Part shown: positions 41,014 through 50,690 of the stretch, in pieces
Layout of the letters: every line of letters starts with the position of its first letter
How positions within the stretch are numbered: position 1 is the first letter of the stretch
Assembly (NCBI GenBank): GCA_048499755.1
Contig: JASNZH010000015.1
Coordinates: 6,128-70,127, forward strand
DNA length: 64,000 nucleotides
DNA from: Anaerolineales bacterium
GTDB taxonomy: Bacteria; Chloroflexota; Anaerolineae; Anaerolineales; Villigracilaceae
Direction of reading: 5' to 3'
Translations under genes and position numbers: made by a program
The notes under the pieces: generated by a model
What the model was told of the DNA's origin: nothing
Seen by the model: only the letters and a program-made list of their open reading frames with translations
Database searches by the model: none

Positions 41014-41931
41014 ATTCTTTTTTCGCCGCTGCAAGATCGCTGCTCGCAATTTCCCCAAACCAAGCAAACTCAATACAGCCGAAACAAAAATGTTCATGCG
41101 CTTCAAGGCAACTGGCGGATAAATGACCAATGCGCGGAACCACGCCTGCAAAGCCTTGTCGGGCAAGCCGCCATCGAGCAGATAACGCGCATCCACGCGA
41201 TAAGCAGAGGCGTGAGCGCGCCGGTCGATTCTCAACAGGGTGGCAGCCAGGTCTTTATCCTGCGCGATGGTTTCTAAAATACGAAAGGCTTCGCGTCCAA
41301 ACTCGGCCGCTTTGGCAACGTTCTTGGCTTCGGCATGGTACCGCGCCGCGGACCAGGTCTGGTCCACATGCAAAATTTTGCCCTGCTTGGCAATTTGAAT
41401 CCATAAGAGGTGGTCAAGCAGAAAATGAAACGTGGGGTCGAGTCCCTTTGTTTTTTGCAAAGCAGAACGCCGCATAAAAACTGCCGGCTGACCGATGATA
41501 TGAAAACACAGCAAATCTTCAAAAGTCAACGGACGATAGGTCAACGTGTTGAAGGTCGCACCATTCTCGTCCACGGCAAGCATGTTCCCATAGATCAGTA
41601 CAACGTCCGGGTTTTCCTCAAACACTTGCACCGCTTTGCTGATGATTCCAGGCAGATAATAATCATCCGAGTTGAGCCAGGCAACAATATCCCCTGTCGC
41701 ACGCGCAAAACCTTTGTTGATGGCATCGGCTTGACCCAGATCCTGTTGCGATTCCCAATACGTCAATTGACCCGCATACTTCTTGATAATCTCCACACTC
41801 CCATCGCTGGAAGCACCATCCATAACGATGTATTCGATGCGCGGATAATCCTGCCGCAAAACCGATTGAATCGTCTGCTCGAGGTATTTGGCTTGGTTAT
41901 ATGAAGGGGTAATAATCGAAACAAGAGTCAT
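41002..41931 (-). CDS. GT2 glycosyltransferase
   Basis: VSIITPSYNQ, DGASSDGS, AINKGF, WLNSDD. Confidence 0.93.
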   Translation of the reverse strand: MTLVSIITPSYNQAKYLEQTIQSVLRQDYPRIEYIVMDGASSDGSVEIIKKYAGQLTYWESQQDLGQADAINKGFARATGDIVAWLNSDDYYLPGIISKAVQVFEENPDVVLIYGNMLAVDENGATFNTLTYRPLTFEDLLCFHIIGQPAVFMRRSALQKTKGLDPTFHFLLDHLLWIQIAKQGKILHVDQTWSAARYHAEAKNVAKAAEFGREAFRILETIAQDKDLAATLLRIDRRAHASAYRVDARYLLDGGLPDKALQAWFRALVIYPPVALKRMNIFVSAVLSLLGLGKLRAAILQRRKKNLSS

Positions 41932-41954
41932 GGAATGTATGTACACGCCTACGA

Positions 41955-43469
41955 TTATCGAAGGTCATACAACACATATCCCTCACCTTCAAGGGCAATC
42001 GGATATGTATCGAGAATCTTCTTCAGGTCTGGCTGTCTGTCCAACTGCCCAAACGCAGTTACAAGGAAATAGTCTTTACCCGCAGTCAACTCGACGAAAT
42101 TGTCGGCATTATTTTTATCTGGGTTGCGGGTCTCGCTCAAGCCCGTGGCGAGGGGCCACAAATCCACCTGACGCCAGCCATACATCATCAAGCGATAACC
42201 ATAATCCTGCGTCAATGCAATGACCTTCGCATCCGCAGGAAAGGCTTCGCCTACTCCGTTCCAAAAAGCAGGTTCATGCCGAAAACTTTCCGCAATGAGA
42301 ACGGACCGCGCCGCATACGCCTGATACCCGATGACAGAAACCATCAAGGCGATGAAACCAACGCGTCCGACTCCGCCGATAGTGGAGACATACTCCACAA
42401 GCGGATTCAACGCCACAGCCAGTCCCAGCGCAATCAGCGGGATCAGTTGAATGTGATAGTAACTATGCGTATACATCTGGAACGGAAGCGTAAGACCATA
42501 CAGCAGATACCCGATCCACAAGCTGACCAACAGCCAGCGCATCCGTGCAGGAGCGATCAATGCCCCGGCAATGCCCAGGAAAACGATTGTCAAGCCGAAT
42601 AACACCCCCAGAAACGCCAGCCACTTGGTATAGAAATCTGTGCTGGTGATGAGCTTCATCAGCGCCACAGTCCATGAGAAGAAATACTCAGTGGAACGTC
42701 CCTGATTGAGAAAGACATAGAACAGCAACGCTGGAACGATCATAAGGGCAGCCATAACCCACACCTGCCGGGATTTCCAGAAATCTTTTCCAAGCGTGAA
42801 CAGCACTATTGCAATGGCGGCAGCTCCCACCATAAAAGCGATGACAATCTTCACAAAGGTGGCCAACCCAAGAAAAACACCCGCAAGGAGCGCCCACTTC
42901 CAAGTCAGTTTGTCGCCCAGCTTCTCTCCGGCAAGGAGCGGGGAATGATCTTCACTCCAACGATAGAGAAAATATACCCCGATGACAAATGATGAGGTCA
43001 TCAACGGGTCCGGTTGAAAGGAGCGGCTGGATTGGACGGAGAAAGGCAAAACGAAATAGTAGGCTAACGCGATCAATGCCGCCCACGGGGAAGCGACGCG
43101 CCGCATCAAGTCGAATAAAGCGATGCCAGCCGCCAGCCAGAAAATCGTCACCCAAATGCGCGCCACAGCGATATTCTCTCCATCCGTCAGGAAATAGCTA
43201 TACCCAACGATGGTCTCGATGACGGGCGGTTCATATTTGCCTACTGAGCTGGCAAAAGAAGTCGCAAGTTGACGTTGTTCCTCCGTTGCAGAGGGCAAGG
43301 CGTTGTAATAGATCTCACGCGCCACAAGCGAGTTGCGAAGTTGGCGTGAAGAGTGAAAGTCAAGGGGTGGGTCGGTCAGGTCGATCAAGCGGAGGAGTCC
43401 GCCCAAGGCGAGGAGCAGCACAAGGACGACAGACCAGGTTTGAGGTCGGGGTTGAAGCGAGGGTTTCAT
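41955..43469 (-). CDS. GT39/ArnT-PMT-like GT-C glycosyltransferase
   Basis: RLIDLTDPPLDFH..RQ, EPP, SRSFQPDPLM, VK, HSYY; paralog of 38191-39687. Confidence 0.8.
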   Translation of the reverse strand: MKPSLQPRPQTWSVVLVLLLALGGLLRLIDLTDPPLDFHSSRQLRNSLVAREIYYNALPSATEEQRQLATSFASSVGKYEPPVIETIVGYSYFLTDGENIAVARIWVTIFWLAAGIALFDLMRRVASPWAALIALAYYFVLPFSVQSSRSFQPDPLMTSSFVIGVYFLYRWSEDHSPLLAGEKLGDKLTWKWALLAGVFLGLATFVKIVIAFMVGAAAIAIVLFTLGKDFWKSRQVWVMAALMIVPALLFYVFLNQGRSTEYFFSWTVALMKLITSTDFYTKWLAFLGVLFGLTIVFLGIAGALIAPARMRWLLVSLWIGYLLYGLTLPFQMYTHSYYHIQLIPLIALGLAVALNPLVEYVSTIGGVGRVGFIALMVSVIGYQAYAARSVLIAESFRHEPAFWNGVGEAFPADAKVIALTQDYGYRLMMYGWRQVDLWPLATGLSETRNPDKNNADNFVELTAGKDYFLVTAFGQLDRQPDLKKILDTYPIALEGEGYVLYDLR

Positions 43470-43476
43470 CGAGGAA

Positions 43477-44289
43477 TCAGAAGAGCGAATTGTAGTCCAC
43501 TTTTGGGAAGACGGTCAGCTTGCCGCCCACGGTCGCATCGATGACTTCACGCCCGGCATTGCGATAGGCTTCGCGCGCCATGATGTACCCAATTTCGGAT
43601 GTGTCAAGATCAGGCAGTTGCCATTTGACGCCCTTGCCAAAATAATTGGGCATGAAGTGATTGGGATCATCGCCTTCGGATGTGACGGTTTTGTTCGCAT
43701 CCCCCTTGGACGCGAAGTTGTGATCGACACCGATGAGGATGACTTGCTGGAAGCCCATGTGAAATGCGATCTGCAAAGCAAAGTTTGTGACGGTCGCACC
43801 TTCCCAAACGCGCCCGGTGACATCGCTCGAAAATTTCGGACCGGTGTAACTGGTGTAGATAAAGTTGGTGGTCTCGTTGTAAGTCTTCTCGTTGAAGAAG
43901 CGATGCGAACGCCAGGCAAGGAACTTGGGCATGGTCAAAGCGGAGATATCTTCGACGAATTGTTCGATAACGAGGTTGTTGATGGAAGCAAAATAGGTGG
44001 TTTGGAAACCAAGCTCAGGAAACGCCACATAAAAACGGTTCATCCCAAACGTGAATTCATTCTTGAGTTTGGAAAGATCGGTCTGTTTCAGTGAAGGTCC
44101 ATTGCCGATGATGAAGGCGCGCTTTCCCGCGTGAATATTCTTGAACTGCGCGAGTCGCTTTATGCTCTCTCGCCGCCAGGGATGCAGATAGGCATTCGGC
44201 ACCTCGGGCAGACGCCGAATGGCGTCAACGGTATAACGCGCAGAATTCCAGATTCCCGGCGGGATGATACGTTTGAGAGTTTGTTTCAT
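43477..44289 (-). CDS. DUF115/MAF_flag10-type protein, candidate nonulosonic acid transferase
   Basis: AFIIGNGPSL, FGMNR, HMGFQQVILIGVDH. Confidence 0.75.
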   Translation of the reverse strand: MKQTLKRIIPPGIWNSARYTVDAIRRLPEVPNAYLHPWRRESIKRLAQFKNIHAGKRAFIIGNGPSLKQTDLSKLKNEFTFGMNRFYVAFPELGFQTTYFASINNLVIEQFVEDISALTMPKFLAWRSHRFFNEKTYNETTNFIYTSYTGPKFSSDVTGRVWEGATVTNFALQIAFHMGFQQVILIGVDHNFASKGDANKTVTSEGDDPNHFMPNYFGKGVKWQLPDLDTSEIGYIMAREAYRNAGREVIDATVGGKLTVFPKVDYNSLF

Positions 44290-44669
44290 GCTTCCTTGTA
44301 ATAAAACGATTTGAGGGGAATAAGATTGGCAAAGATGATGAGGTTGATGATCAGAGAAATGGCGTCAAAAACATCGGGCACACCCAACGCCAGCATCAAT
44401 GTACTCACTCCCGCAATGATCAATGTGGTGGCATAAACCCAACGCTGACGGTCATCGATGATGCGGGCCGCGACGATCAACGCCAAAATGTTGACGAAAA
44501 AGAAAAAACCAACCATTGCGGCAGTGACCGTGTTCGAGTCAGCAACCATTTTGTAGATGAAGATGCCGCCATTGACCAGCCACACCAACGCGTTCAAATA
44601 AAACAGGAGGCGCACGGTCTGTCTGCGTCTGTCCTGAATGAGTTGAGAGCGTTTTCGCTGGATCTTCAT
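44286..44669 (-). CDS. small 4-TM hypothetical membrane protein
   Basis: Hydrophobic 127-aa ORF with 4-nt overlaps at both ends. Confidence 0.7.
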   Translation of the reverse strand: MKIQRKRSQLIQDRRRQTVRLLFYLNALVWLVNGGIFIYKMVADSNTVTAAMVGFFFFVNILALIVAARIIDDRQRWVYATTLIIAGVSTLMLALGVPDVFDAISLIINLIIFANLIPLKSFYYKEA

Positions 44670-45421
44670 TCGGTGCTCAACCTTGCCGTCGCGCCGCCGT
44701 CTACGATCATGGCTTGACCTGTCATGAAGGAAGATTGTTCGTTATCGGCGAGAAAGCAGATCGCATGGGCGATCTCTTCCGGTTTGCCCACACGCCCGTT
44801 GACCGTTTTGCGGGCAAGGTTATCCAACCGGTCCTGCACATCCCCCAGACCAACATGTCCGCGATTGAAGCCAGCGCGCAGCATGGGCGTATCCACTGCG
44901 CCGGGCAGCACGGCATTGACGCGAATATTATCCGGCGCAAACTCAATCGCCATCGCGCGCGTGAGGGCTAGCAATCCGCCTTTGGAAGCGGCATAGGCGG
45001 CAATGTTGACAGACGTCTGCACAGCATGCACGGAGGAAACATTCACAATCGCGCCGCCATTTCCCGCCTTGAGAAGCGGATGCGCGAGCTTGACGCCCAA
45101 AAACACCGAACGCAGATTCGCCGCCATGACCGCATCCCATTCCTCGACGGTGGTTTGGACCAGCGGCTTGGAAACTTGCAACGCTGCATTGTTAACGAGC
45201 GCATCAAGCGTCTGACTGAAAGCTTTGGTCTGCTCGAAGATGGATTCCATCGCTTCAGGGCGGGAGATGTCTGAACGGATGAAGAGTCCGCTCTGCGGGA
45301 AGGATTCACCAAACTCATTGCGGTCCACGCCGATGACGCGCCAGCCTTGTTGAGAGAAGAGCGCGACGGTGGCGCGTCCAATGCCGCCCGCCGCACCGGT
45401 GATCAGGATTGTTTTAGTCAT
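44666..45421 (-). CDS. SDR oxidoreductase
   Basis: TGAAGGIG, NNAA, YAASK, PGAVDT. Confidence 0.92.
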   Translation of the reverse strand: MTKTILITGAAGGIGRATVALFSQQGWRVIGVDRNEFGESFPQSGLFIRSDISRPEAMESIFEQTKAFSQTLDALVNNAALQVSKPLVQTTVEEWDAVMAANLRSVFLGVKLAHPLLKAGNGGAIVNVSSVHAVQTSVNIAAYAASKGGLLALTRAMAIEFAPDNIRVNAVLPGAVDTPMLRAGFNRGHVGLGDVQDRLDNLARKTVNGRVGKPEEIAHAICFLADNEQSSFMTGQAMIVDGGATARLSTE

Positions 45422-45461
45422 GGGGTAATTTTACGTCGAAATTCAGGTTTGTGTCTGGAGT

Positions 45462-47027
45462 TCAGTTCTGGTTCCATCGGAAAATCAAACAGCCATCAAT
45501 GGTATTTTCAAGCTGGTAATTTGCTTCCACAAACTCGAAGATCGTATCCATGCCCGGCTGGATGTACATCTTACGCTTCACACCGGGAGTGGCATATTGT
45601 TCTTCGCGGGTCGCTGGATCAAGCGAAGGGATCGCATCCACGGAGCGCGAACAATCAAGAATCAATTCAGGCGGATTCGTCGTCAGGTCTTCGATGTAAC
45701 GGGTTTCGATTTCTTCGGTCAAGGACCCTTCCAGGAAGAGCGGATAATATAAATATTTCACAGGCGAGGCGCGATCTGCCATAAAGTTAACTCCCATTTC
45801 GGGATACCACGTCAACATAAGATCGTCCTCGTTGGTGTTATCACGGATATACGCCGAGACCGGGTCCACGTATTCGCCGCCACCTGCTCGAAGCGTTTCA
45901 ATATAACGAGACCATGACGATGGGGAGATCACGAATAGAAAGACGATCAATGAGGCATAGGCGATTGCACCCAACCCGTCACTCCAACCTTCTGAGGCGG
46001 GAATCTTAAAGGTCAATTGCCAGAACTCTGCAAAGAGAAACGCGGAATAAACCGCCACAGCCAATGCCCAACTGATGTAATAGTGTGTGAAATTCCTGCC
46101 TGAAAGATTGCTCAACACAATCTCAATCGGGAACCAGACCAACAGAAAGACTTCAAAGACGGTCACCTTACGCTGTACGAAACTGAGCAAAAAGCGCAAG
46201 ATCAACACAAACCACGCCGCCAGGGTGAACCAACCATACCAGTCCATGCCGTAACGACCGAAGCCACCAAAAATGTCGAGCCACTCACGATCCTTCGCCG
46301 CAGAATACGAAAAATTGAAGAGGATCGAGGCATAGAACATTTCACCCGCGCTGCCAAGCACAGCAAAGTAAATCGTCCACAAAAGAAGCGGAAGGGCGAA
46401 GCCCGCCAACGTCACGAAGATGATCCGCAAGGCCTCCGCATACTTCCGCTTGAAAACATAAAACAAAAAGACTGCGCCCAAAATGGCAAACAGCCCGCCG
46501 ATGTTATTAGCACGGAAGGTAAAGCTCAGCCCAAAGAGCGCGCCGATCCAAAGATATTTCCAGTAATTTCGTTCGACATCCACCATCGAGAGGAAGAGCG
46601 CCAACCCTGCTGCATTGAAAAGCAGGGCATATTCTTCAGTGTAATTGCCATACCCCAACACGACCCGCAGCCCCAACCCGGCAAGCATCACGCCAAACAA
46701 ACCCGCGCCTACCCCCCAGCGTTTCGACAGCCTATTATATAAAAAAGTCAGCGCACCAAAGATACAAACAAATTCAACAAACCAAACACCCCAACGTGAA
46801 CCAGCACCCAACAAAAGCCCAAGCGCGTTGACGTAAAAAATGCCCGGTCCTTTTGAATCCCAAAAATCCCGGTAAGGCAAACTACCATCCACAATTTGTT
46901 GCCCGGCATAAAGGAAAAAACCGCCATCTCTGGCGGGTTTATCGAAAAACGGATTGGCAAGATCGAGCACCAGTGCCGTCAGCAAAAACAAAAACACATA
47001 AGGCAATACAAGACGAAGTCGTTTCAT
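45462..47027 (-). CDS. GT-C-like membrane glycosyltransferase
   Basis: RDGGFFLYAG...PYRDFWDSKGPG, GNYTEEY, FTHYY; many TM helices. Confidence 0.72.
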   Translation of the reverse strand: MKRLRLVLPYVFLFLLTALVLDLANPFFDKPARDGGFFLYAGQQIVDGSLPYRDFWDSKGPGIFYVNALGLLLGAGSRWGVWFVEFVCIFGALTFLYNRLSKRWGVGAGLFGVMLAGLGLRVVLGYGNYTEEYALLFNAAGLALFLSMVDVERNYWKYLWIGALFGLSFTFRANNIGGLFAILGAVFLFYVFKRKYAEALRIIFVTLAGFALPLLLWTIYFAVLGSAGEMFYASILFNFSYSAAKDREWLDIFGGFGRYGMDWYGWFTLAAWFVLILRFLLSFVQRKVTVFEVFLLVWFPIEIVLSNLSGRNFTHYYISWALAVAVYSAFLFAEFWQLTFKIPASEGWSDGLGAIAYASLIVFLFVISPSSWSRYIETLRAGGGEYVDPVSAYIRDNTNEDDLMLTWYPEMGVNFMADRASPVKYLYYPLFLEGSLTEEIETRYIEDLTTNPPELILDCSRSVDAIPSLDPATREEQYATPGVKRKMYIQPGMDTIFEFVEANYQLENTIDGCLIFRWNQN

Positions 47028-47974
47028 TATTTCCTCACTTGCATACCGAGACCTTCAACCAAGTTCTTGATCGTGCTCCAATGTATCCGCTCCCACGCCG
47101 TGGGGCTCGAGTTGGAATTATGCGGCGCCAACATGACGTTGTCCATTTTCAGCAAGGGACTATCCAATGGCAGCGGCTCGAACTCAAAGACATCCAGCGC
47201 CGCGCCTCCTACTTGACCTGAGCTGAGTGCCGCGACCAAAGCTTTTTCATCCACGATAGGGCCACGCGCTGTATTGATCAGCACCGCAGTGGATTTCATT
47301 TTCGATAGTGTATTCGCATTGATAAGATGACGCGACGTGGGATTGAGATCACAATTAACAGACACAAAATCCGCATTTGCAAGCAATGTATCAAGATCTG
47401 TCATTTCAATTCCAGACTCGCTAACAAAGACATGGTCAATATCAATAATGTCTGTCCCATAAACTTTCATGCCAAAGGCTTTGGCGCGGCGCGTCACTGC
47501 CTTGCCGATATTGCCCACGCCGATCACGCCGAGCACACATTCGCTCAATGCTTTGCCAGAAATCTTCTCCCATCTACCGTTTTTCATCTCCCTATCCATC
47601 CACGGACCGCGTCTTGCGAAGGCGAGTATGTAGCCCAGCACCGTATCCGCGACGGGGGTGGTGAAAGCATTCGGCGTTCGCCCAAGCTTCACCCCAAAAC
47701 GGGAACAAGCCTCGGCGTCGATTGAATCGACTCCCGTTCCCCATTTCGAGATGACCTTCAAGCGCGGCAAACAGGCTTCGATCACACGCGCCGTATAACG
47801 GTCATCTCCGCAAATCGTTCCATCGAATTGACCGGCATATTTCAAAATATCTTCTTCTTCCATGCGTTCTTTCACATCAGGGACAATGAGTTCAATTCCA
47901 TATTCCGCAAGCACCGGGCGGAAGCGGTCCAAAAATGGAATCATATACGGGGCGGTCATCAAAACAGTTGGCAT
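47027..47974 (-). CDS. D-2-hydroxyacid (phosphoglycerate-type) dehydrogenase
   Basis: KWGTGVDSID, GVIGVGNIG, INTARG, LDVFEFEP, APHN; no ACT domain. Confidence 0.88.
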   Translation of the reverse strand: MPTVLMTAPYMIPFLDRFRPVLAEYGIELIVPDVKERMEEEDILKYAGQFDGTICGDDRYTARVIEACLPRLKVISKWGTGVDSIDAEACSRFGVKLGRTPNAFTTPVADTVLGYILAFARRGPWMDREMKNGRWEKISGKALSECVLGVIGVGNIGKAVTRRAKAFGMKVYGTDIIDIDHVFVSESGIEMTDLDTLLANADFVSVNCDLNPTSRHLINANTLSKMKSTAVLINTARGPIVDEKALVAALSSGQVGGAALDVFEFEPLPLDSPLLKMDNVMLAPHNSNSSPTAWERIHWSTIKNLVEGLGMQVRK

Positions 47975-47976
47975 TT

Positions 47977-50004
47977 TTACTCGCAAATTCTTTTTGTAAT
48001 GAAGTCATTCACTTCGCTCGAAAGCGTTTCATTTTCGGCCAGATATTTCATGTTATTACAAACCTGCAATCGCAGGTAACGATCCAGAACGACCAGCTTG
48101 GTCATCTCGCGGATTTCTTCCACATTACCTTGCATGGCATACGCCTGCATAAATGGAATCCATTCGAGCGGGTCATTGGGATAATACCCTTTATCTAAAG
48201 CTTCATTCAGCAAAGCGGGGATCTTATCCCACTCTCCGCGCTGACGGGCAAGGTCTGCCTGCTGATAATAAAAACACCATCCACGCTCAGGCTCGCTTCC
48301 AAACACATGCTCTGGCACAGTGGGAATCTCACCGTCAGTTGCAACCGCTTCCAATCGAGAATGAGGCGCGACCATCACAATGCGCCCGTCATCGTATGAA
48401 TTCAATTCCGGCGAAGCGCCATTGATAAATCGCACACAGCTATTCTCGCTCGACTGCACCATCACCAGCACATTGCCAAAATCGCGTTCCAAATAATTTC
48501 CGCGCCGTAGTGGAGTTTCAACACCGCCATTGGTCGTCACTTGCGTAACGGTGTTTCCATCCAACACCGCCGCGGGCAATTTCACCGTCACTGGGTTATT
48601 GCTTTGCTTTTCCGGGTAATAGATCATGTTCGCCGGACCCCAAATAAAATAATCCTCCGCCAGCGGGCTGCCCGGATACATGGCCAGCAACGTTACACCC
48701 TCTTCGATCTTCGGCGCGCGCCACGCCACCTGCCACCAAAAATTGCGCGTCGCCTCAGTCTCGTACGCATAACGGATCGTGTTTCCATAATGCGTCATCA
48801 CCGCGATGGAAACCAGCACACCCAACACCGTCACTTGCGTGCCGCGCTTCGCAATACTCTCAACCAGCAACGCCAGCAGCATCACCGCGCCAATCGAAGC
48901 GATCAAGGTATAACGCGAATAATCCGGCAAAGTGACATGGCGATTGACCAGAATGACCGGGAGCAATCCGCCAGCGATGCTCAGGAAACTGACGAACAAG
49001 GTTTCACGTATCACACGCGGACTTGAGCCTGACTCAGTTTCTTGAGCTTTTTCTCCCATCCAACGGATTCCATACAGCAGAGCCGCCACCGCCAGTGACG
49101 CCCACGCAATCCCTGTTGCCATATCTTTCAGCCGCATCGAAAACGCAAGTTGATAGACCGGTAAATTCCACGCTACCAACGTGACCGTGAAAAAATCTTG
49201 AATCAGATAATTCAGCCACCACAAAGCGATCAACGGATCGGTGAAAATTTGCGTCACCTGCAAACTCACGTCCGTCGCCTTGCGCTCAGACTCGAAGAAG
49301 AACAAGCGCCAGATCAAAAATCCCGCCGCGATGAGCAAAAACGGCAAGCTGGTTTTTACAATCTTCGTTGCCTTCACGCGGAAGGATTCGCCTTGCCCGC
49401 GCCACAGCAAGACCATGATAAGCGCAAAACGTAGGGCTTCAATGCCGAGGAAATATTCCATCTGGCTGAGATACGCCCACCCCGTCAGAATAGAAACTGC
49501 GATTAACATAACTTTCTGAGTGCGATCCGCCGCCAATATGGATTTGATCGTCAACGCCACTGAAAGCGTCGCAAGGAACAAGCCGAGGATGTGCGATTGA
49601 TAGTCAATGGCGTTGGGCATGGAAAGAAAACCGGGATAGATCGCAAACAGCAACCCGGTCACTAATGCGAAGAGATTGCGTTCCTTCCAGATCATGCGCA
49701 TCGTCCAGAAGACAAAGACGCCGCCAAAAGCTCGGAAGACAAACGCGCTCAAGTGATACCAAAGCGGATTGAACCCGAACAACGAGAACAGTGGAATCAT
49801 CGCCAGTGCGCGCCCGGGACGGTCAATGCCGAAGATCTCATGGAAGAAGCTGGGGGCTTTGACGAACATGTCGTACATCAAATACCAGTCATCGTTAAGA
49901 TAACCGAGGCGACTCACCAAAGGCAAATAAGCAATGCCTGCAATGATAAAGATCAGCAGGCTGCCGAACCAGAATGAACCAAGTTTTTCTCTGACGTTTT
50001 GCAT
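47977..50004 (-). CDS. large GT-C-like membrane protein
   Basis: GYLNDDWY after TM1, DRP, many TM helices, soluble C-terminal domain (WCFYYQQADLARQ). Confidence 0.65.
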   Translation of the reverse strand: MQNVREKLGSFWFGSLLIFIIAGIAYLPLVSRLGYLNDDWYLMYDMFVKAPSFFHEIFGIDRPGRALAMIPLFSLFGFNPLWYHLSAFVFRAFGGVFVFWTMRMIWKERNLFALVTGLLFAIYPGFLSMPNAIDYQSHILGLFLATLSVALTIKSILAADRTQKVMLIAVSILTGWAYLSQMEYFLGIEALRFALIMVLLWRGQGESFRVKATKIVKTSLPFLLIAAGFLIWRLFFFESERKATDVSLQVTQIFTDPLIALWWLNYLIQDFFTVTLVAWNLPVYQLAFSMRLKDMATGIAWASLAVAALLYGIRWMGEKAQETESGSSPRVIRETLFVSFLSIAGGLLPVILVNRHVTLPDYSRYTLIASIGAVMLLALLVESIAKRGTQVTVLGVLVSIAVMTHYGNTIRYAYETEATRNFWWQVAWRAPKIEEGVTLLAMYPGSPLAEDYFIWGPANMIYYPEKQSNNPVTVKLPAAVLDGNTVTQVTTNGGVETPLRRGNYLERDFGNVLVMVQSSENSCVRFINGASPELNSYDDGRIVMVAPHSRLEAVATDGEIPTVPEHVFGSEPERGWCFYYQQADLARQRGEWDKIPALLNEALDKGYYPNDPLEWIPFMQAYAMQGNVEEIREMTKLVVLDRYLRLQVCNNMKYLAENETLSSEVNDFITKRICE

Positions 50005-50008
50005 GGAG

Positions 50009-50671
50009 CTATTTTCTTTTCCGCATCAAAAAATCAGCGATCTCGAAATCCAACTCTTCGTCGATATCCCAGGCTTCATCTGCGTCGATCTCGAACATCA
50101 GCGGATGATCTCCGATGCGATGTTTCTTGCGCTCCAAATTCTCGCGCGTGAAAAGATAAACGCACGAGTTTTCCTCGTACACAGGCGGCAGGTCTTGGGT
50201 TTGAATCAATTCCAAAGGATTGTGATTGATGGCGCGTCCATCCTGCCAATACAGGCGGGTTTGCAAACGCGTGACCGAAAATAATGAATCATATTTCGGG
50301 TATTCTGCTGTGAATTTTTGAATGGCATTTGAGATGGTTTCTGCTCTCAACAGCGGATTGGTCGAATGAGTTTGCAGATAAAAATCTGCTTGGAATTGCG
50401 CGGTATCGTACAACAAAATATCGTTCATGGGGACATCGTCAGCGCGAAGATGCTCGGGGCGTTGAATCAGCTTCACGTCAGGGAAGAGGCGGCGCACACC
50501 ATCCATCACCGGCTCGGAGTCCGTATCCACAATCACCGTATCAATTTCAGGCACGGCACCTAGCGTTTCCAAAATATGTTGAAAGAGGGGTTTGCCCGCA
50601 AGTGGGCGATAATTTTTTCCAGGCACACGCTGGCTGTGATGGCGCATGGGGACAAGGGCGGCAATTTTCAT
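50009..50671 (-). CDS. acylneuraminate cytidylyltransferase family protein (second copy)
   Basis: PMRHHSQRVPGKN.R..AGKPL, THSTNPLL, TQDLPPVYEEN, DID. Confidence 0.9.
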   Translation of the reverse strand: MKIAALVPMRHHSQRVPGKNYRPLAGKPLFQHILETLGAVPEIDTVIVDTDSEPVMDGVRRLFPDVKLIQRPEHLRADDVPMNDILLYDTAQFQADFYLQTHSTNPLLRAETISNAIQKFTAEYPKYDSLFSVTRLQTRLYWQDGRAINHNPLELIQTQDLPPVYEENSCVYLFTRENLERKKHRIGDHPLMFEIDADEAWDIDEELDFEIADFLMRKRK

Positions 50672-50690
50672 GCCTTTATTTTACTTTGTC

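Noticed and set aside
47027-47974. Housekeeping serA
   Set aside because: It has no ACT domain and is embedded in a glycan cluster, so no gene symbol was assigned.
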